Assembly: GCF_000011805.1 (NCBI RefSeq)
Contig: NC_006840.2
Length of the DNA: 32,000 bases
Source: Aliivibrio fischeri ES114
GTDB taxonomy: Bacteria; Pseudomonadota; Gammaproteobacteria; Enterobacterales; Vibrionaceae
Strand: one strand, 5' to 3'
The notes beneath the pieces are model-generated. The model saw nothing but the letters and a program-made list of their open reading frames with translations. It did no database searches and had not been told where the DNA came from. Of this stretch, positions 29,318-32,000 are shown one piece after another; position 1 is the first letter of the stretch; each line of letters begins with the position of its first letter. A program made the translations under genes and the position numbers.

Positions 29318-29343
29318 ATTGTTTTTAGATAGTGAAAGATAAT

Positions 29344-29399
29344 CCAATTTGGTGATGGCTTTATGTGTAATCAATCAGTCAAAACCATCATCAAATTGG
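29344..29399. other. Long imperfect inverted repeat in the bamB-der intergenic region
   Basis: CCAATTTGGTGATGG (29344-29358) and CCATCATCAAATTGG (29385-29399) are reverse-complementary at 14/15 positions (15/15 with G-U). Confidence 0.8.
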
Positions 29400-29441
29400 T
29401 ATTAGCTCGCGCTATGCCTATGATTAAATAAAGAGGTATAT

Positions 29442-30944
29442 ATGATTCCTGTTGTTGCTCTGGTAGGGCGTCCAAATGTTGGTAAATCGACGCTATTTAA
29501 CCGTCTTACACGCACAAGGGATGCATTAGTTGCTGACTTTCCTGGTTTAACTCGTGACCGTAAATACGGACGAGCTAAGTTAGAAGAGCAAGAATTCATT
29601 CTGATTGATACCGGCGGTATCGATGGAACAGAACAAGGCGTTGAAACTAAAATGGCAGAACAGTCATTAGCTGCAATTGAAGAAGCTGATGTTGTGCTAT
29701 TTATGGTTGATGGTCGTGCTGGTTTAACATCTGCAGATGAAGCCATCGCAAAACACTTACGTTCACGTGAAAAGCCAACGTTCTTAGTGGTTAACAAGAT
29801 CGATGGTATTGATGCAGATGCTGCAAGTGCAGAGTTCTGGCAATTAGGTATGAACAAAGTATACCAAATTGCAGCTTCACACGGTCGTGGTGTAACGTCT
29901 TTACTTGAACTTGCTCTAGCTCCTTTTATGGAAGAGCTTGTTGAAGAGTCTTTGAAAGATGAAAACGGTGAAATCACTGATTTAACTGAATTTGAAGATT
30001 TTGAAGACGAAGAGAAAGATCTAACTGAAGAAGATGCAGAGAAAGATTTTGCTCGCCTTCAGGATCAACCGATTAAACTTGCTATCATTGGCCGTCCAAA
30101 CGTAGGTAAATCGACACTGACTAACCGTATTCTTGGTGAAGAACGTGTGGTGGTTTACGATATGCCTGGTACAACTCGTGACTCTATTTACATTCCTATG
30201 GAACGTGAAGGTCAAGAATACGTATTAATTGATACTGCGGGTGTTCGTCGTCGTGGCCGTATTAACGAAACCGTAGAAAAATTCTCTGTAATCAAAACAT
30301 TAAAAGCCGTTGAAGATGCAAACGTTGTTCTACTGGTGATTGATGCTCGTGAAAACATCTCAGATCAAGATTTAAGTCTACTTGGCTTTGCACTGAATGC
30401 GGGTCGTTCATTAGTAATTGCTGTGAACAAGTGGGATGGTTTAGATAACGATGTGAAAGAAAAAGTAAAATCTGAACTTGATCGCCGTTTAGGTTTTGTT
30501 GATTTTGCTCGTATTCACTTTATTTCTGCACTACACGGTACAGGTGTTGGTCACTTGTATGAATCGGTTCAAGAAGCATACGTTTCTGCGACTAAGCGTG
30601 TTGGTACTTCTGTTTTAACTCGTATCATGAAAATGGCACAAGATGATCACCAACCACCATTGGTTCGTGGCCGTCGTGTGAAGCTAAAATACGCTCACGC
30701 AGGTGGTTACAATCCACCGCTTATCGTTATTCACGGTAACCAAGTGAAAGAATTACCATCTTCATACAAACGTTTCTTAATGAACTACTACCGTAAGTCT
30801 TTAGAAATTATGGGCACTCCAATTCGTATTCAATTCCAGAATAGCGAAAACCCATTTGAAGATCGTGGTGGCAAACTAACTATGTCGCAAGAGCGTCAAC
30901 GCAAGCGTCTGTTAGGTGCAGTGAAAAACCGCAACAAGAAGTAA
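29442..30944 (+). CDS. der: Ribosome biogenesis GTPase Der (EngA)
   Basis: Two G domains: [31 protein letters not shown] and [36 protein letters not shown]; NKWD; C-terminal KH-like domain. Confidence 0.97.
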   Translation: MIPVVALVGRPNVGKSTLFNRLTRTRDALVADFPGLTRDRKYGRAKLEEQEFILIDTGGIDGTEQGVETKMAEQSLAAIEEADVVLFMVDGRAGLTSADEAIAKHLRSREKPTFLVVNKIDGIDADAASAEFWQLGMNKVYQIAASHGRGVTSLLELALAPFMEELVEESLKDENGEITDLTEFEDFEDEEKDLTEEDAEKDFARLQDQPIKLAIIGRPNVGKSTLTNRILGEERVVVYDMPGTTRDSIYIPMEREGQEYVLIDTAGVRRRGRINETVEKFSVIKTLKAVEDANVVLLVIDARENISDQDLSLLGFALNAGRSLVIAVNKWDGLDNDVKEKVKSELDRRLGFVDFARIHFISALHGTGVGHLYESVQEAYVSATKRVGTSVLTRIMKMAQDDHQPPLVRGRRVKLKYAHAGGYNPPLIVIHGNQVKELPSSYKRFLMNYYRKSLEIMGTPIRIQFQNSENPFEDRGGKLTMSQERQRKRLLGAVKNRNKK

Positions 30945-30980
30945 TCCAGAGTTACGTTCTTAAATGTATATTAAATAATA

Positions 30981-31013
30981 AAACGCCCATCTAGTTGTTG
31001 GGCGTTTTTTTTA
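30981..31013 (+). terminator. Terminator after der
   Basis: AAAACGCCC-atctagttgtt-GGGCGTTTTTTTT. Confidence 0.92.
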
Positions 31014-31023
31014 GGTAAAAATC

Positions 31024-31899
31024 ATGACTCAATTAGCAGCAACTGAAATTTTATTTTGTCATAACACATGGCAATCAGACTCCACTGTGCAACTTATCAA
31101 AGAAACAGAGCAAGGAAAGTGGATTATTACTAAAGCGACGCCATTTCATCCTGTTAGCCATATTTGGCCAGATCACCCAGAAGATAAAGGTGTAATACTG
31201 ATTAATAACGAAGAATACTCAGTACTTGCTTGTCAAACTGGAGCTATAGAACTTGCTACAGGTGAGCTTTATATTGGAAAAGATATTCCAATTAAACGTG
31301 GCGAAGAGGGATGGGTCTTTGTTGTTTCGCATTTAATCTCTAAAGATGCGGATATAGCAGTAGAAAATACTGTTACTTTGCGTGTTGATGAGGAGTATCA
31401 AAAAGCATTAAGTCGTGGTCATAGTGCAGGGCATATTGCTTATTTAGCACTAAATAAAGTGCTTCATGCTAACTACTGGCGTAAAGATGCTGATAGAAAA
31501 GACGAATTAGGCCACTATAATTTTAATAGCTATGCGCAAGAAACTAGCTTTGTATCTGAAGATCATTGTGAAGATGTATATCGTTTAGGTAAAACATTAC
31601 GTAAGCGTGGTCTTAATAGCGCAGAGATGATGGCGGATCTTAAGACAATAGAAGAAGCAGTCAATCATCAAATTATTGAGTGGCTTGCCCTAGAAAGTCA
31701 AGTAACTATGCAATGTGATGGTAAAGCGTTAACCGATTCACGTTACTGGATAGTAGATTTTGGTATAGATGGAATAGCAAAACTTCCTTGTGGTGGTACG
31801 CATGTTAGTTCATTTAAAGAATACGCAACAATTATTGTCAAATTGGAAGAGAAAAGTGAGCAAGAGCTCCTTATGCTAACAACATCGATTAAAAAATAA
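31024..31899 (+). CDS. AlaX-like alanyl-tRNA editing-domain protein / metal-dependent hydrolase
   Basis: GHSAGHIAYLALNKVL (HxxxH) and KLPCGGTHVSSFKEY (CxxxH) match the AlaRS/ThrRS editing-domain metal site, without a synthetase catalytic core. Confidence 0.7.
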   Translation: MTQLAATEILFCHNTWQSDSTVQLIKETEQGKWIITKATPFHPVSHIWPDHPEDKGVILINNEEYSVLACQTGAIELATGELYIGKDIPIKRGEEGWVFVVSHLISKDADIAVENTVTLRVDEEYQKALSRGHSAGHIAYLALNKVLHANYWRKDADRKDELGHYNFNSYAQETSFVSEDHCEDVYRLGKTLRKRGLNSAEMMADLKTIEEAVNHQIIEWLALESQVTMQCDGKALTDSRYWIVDFGIDGIAKLPCGGTHVSSFKEYATIIVKLEEKSEQELLMLTTSIKK

Positions 31900-32000
31900 T
31901 CTAAAAAATGGAAATTACATTCCATGTATATTTCATTCTGCATTTTGTGTAATTAGAGTATTTTTCACTGAAAATCATAAGCCAAAGAATGATTGATGTG

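Noticed and set aside
29402-29977. 191-aa minus-strand ORF opposite der
   Set aside because: Serine-rich shadow ORF fully antisense to the N-terminal GTPase domain of Der.
1-32000. Search for defence islands, toxin-antitoxin pairs, retrons, integrases, transposases, tRNA/rRNA genes or CRISPR arrays
   Set aside because: No diagnostic protein motifs (RT, integrase, transposase, Cas, nuclease/HEPN) or RNA signatures were seen; nearly all coding space is conserved housekeeping genes or the PTS module.

Overview
AT-rich gammaproteobacterial chromosome segment. Gene order and protein character suggest Vibrionaceae, probably an Aliivibrio-like species (inference; no database search was possible). 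Most of the window is conserved core sequence: a yaiI family gene, yqcC-truC, suhB, trmJ, the complete isc operon (iscR-iscS-iscU-iscA-hscB-hscA-fdx-iscX), pepB, ndk, and the block rlmN-pilW-rodZ-ispG-hisS-yfgM-bamB-der. The accessory part (about 2.3-9.6 kb) is a beta-glucoside/cellobiose-type PTS locus: IIC, IIB, 6-phospho-beta-glucosidase, ROK kinase, IIA, LacI-type regulator and a LamB-like porin. It sits directly downstream of a strong unannotated CsrB-family sRNA candidate (about 1.80-2.24 kb, about 29 GGA motifs, GC-rich terminator, and an upstream palindrome resembling a GacA/UvrY/VarA site). Other points of note: tandem LacI-family operators with a CRP-like site before the PTS operon; an apparent +1 frame break in the pilW/pilF-like gene; a long imperfect inverted repeat in the der leader; a structured iscU-iscA intergenic region; a 7-bp tandem repeat and a perfect dyad upstream of rlmN; and a divergent stand-alone AlaX-like editing-domain protein. 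I found no CRISPR array, transposase, tRNA/rRNA or recognisable defence system, and I do not claim a wholly novel system here.
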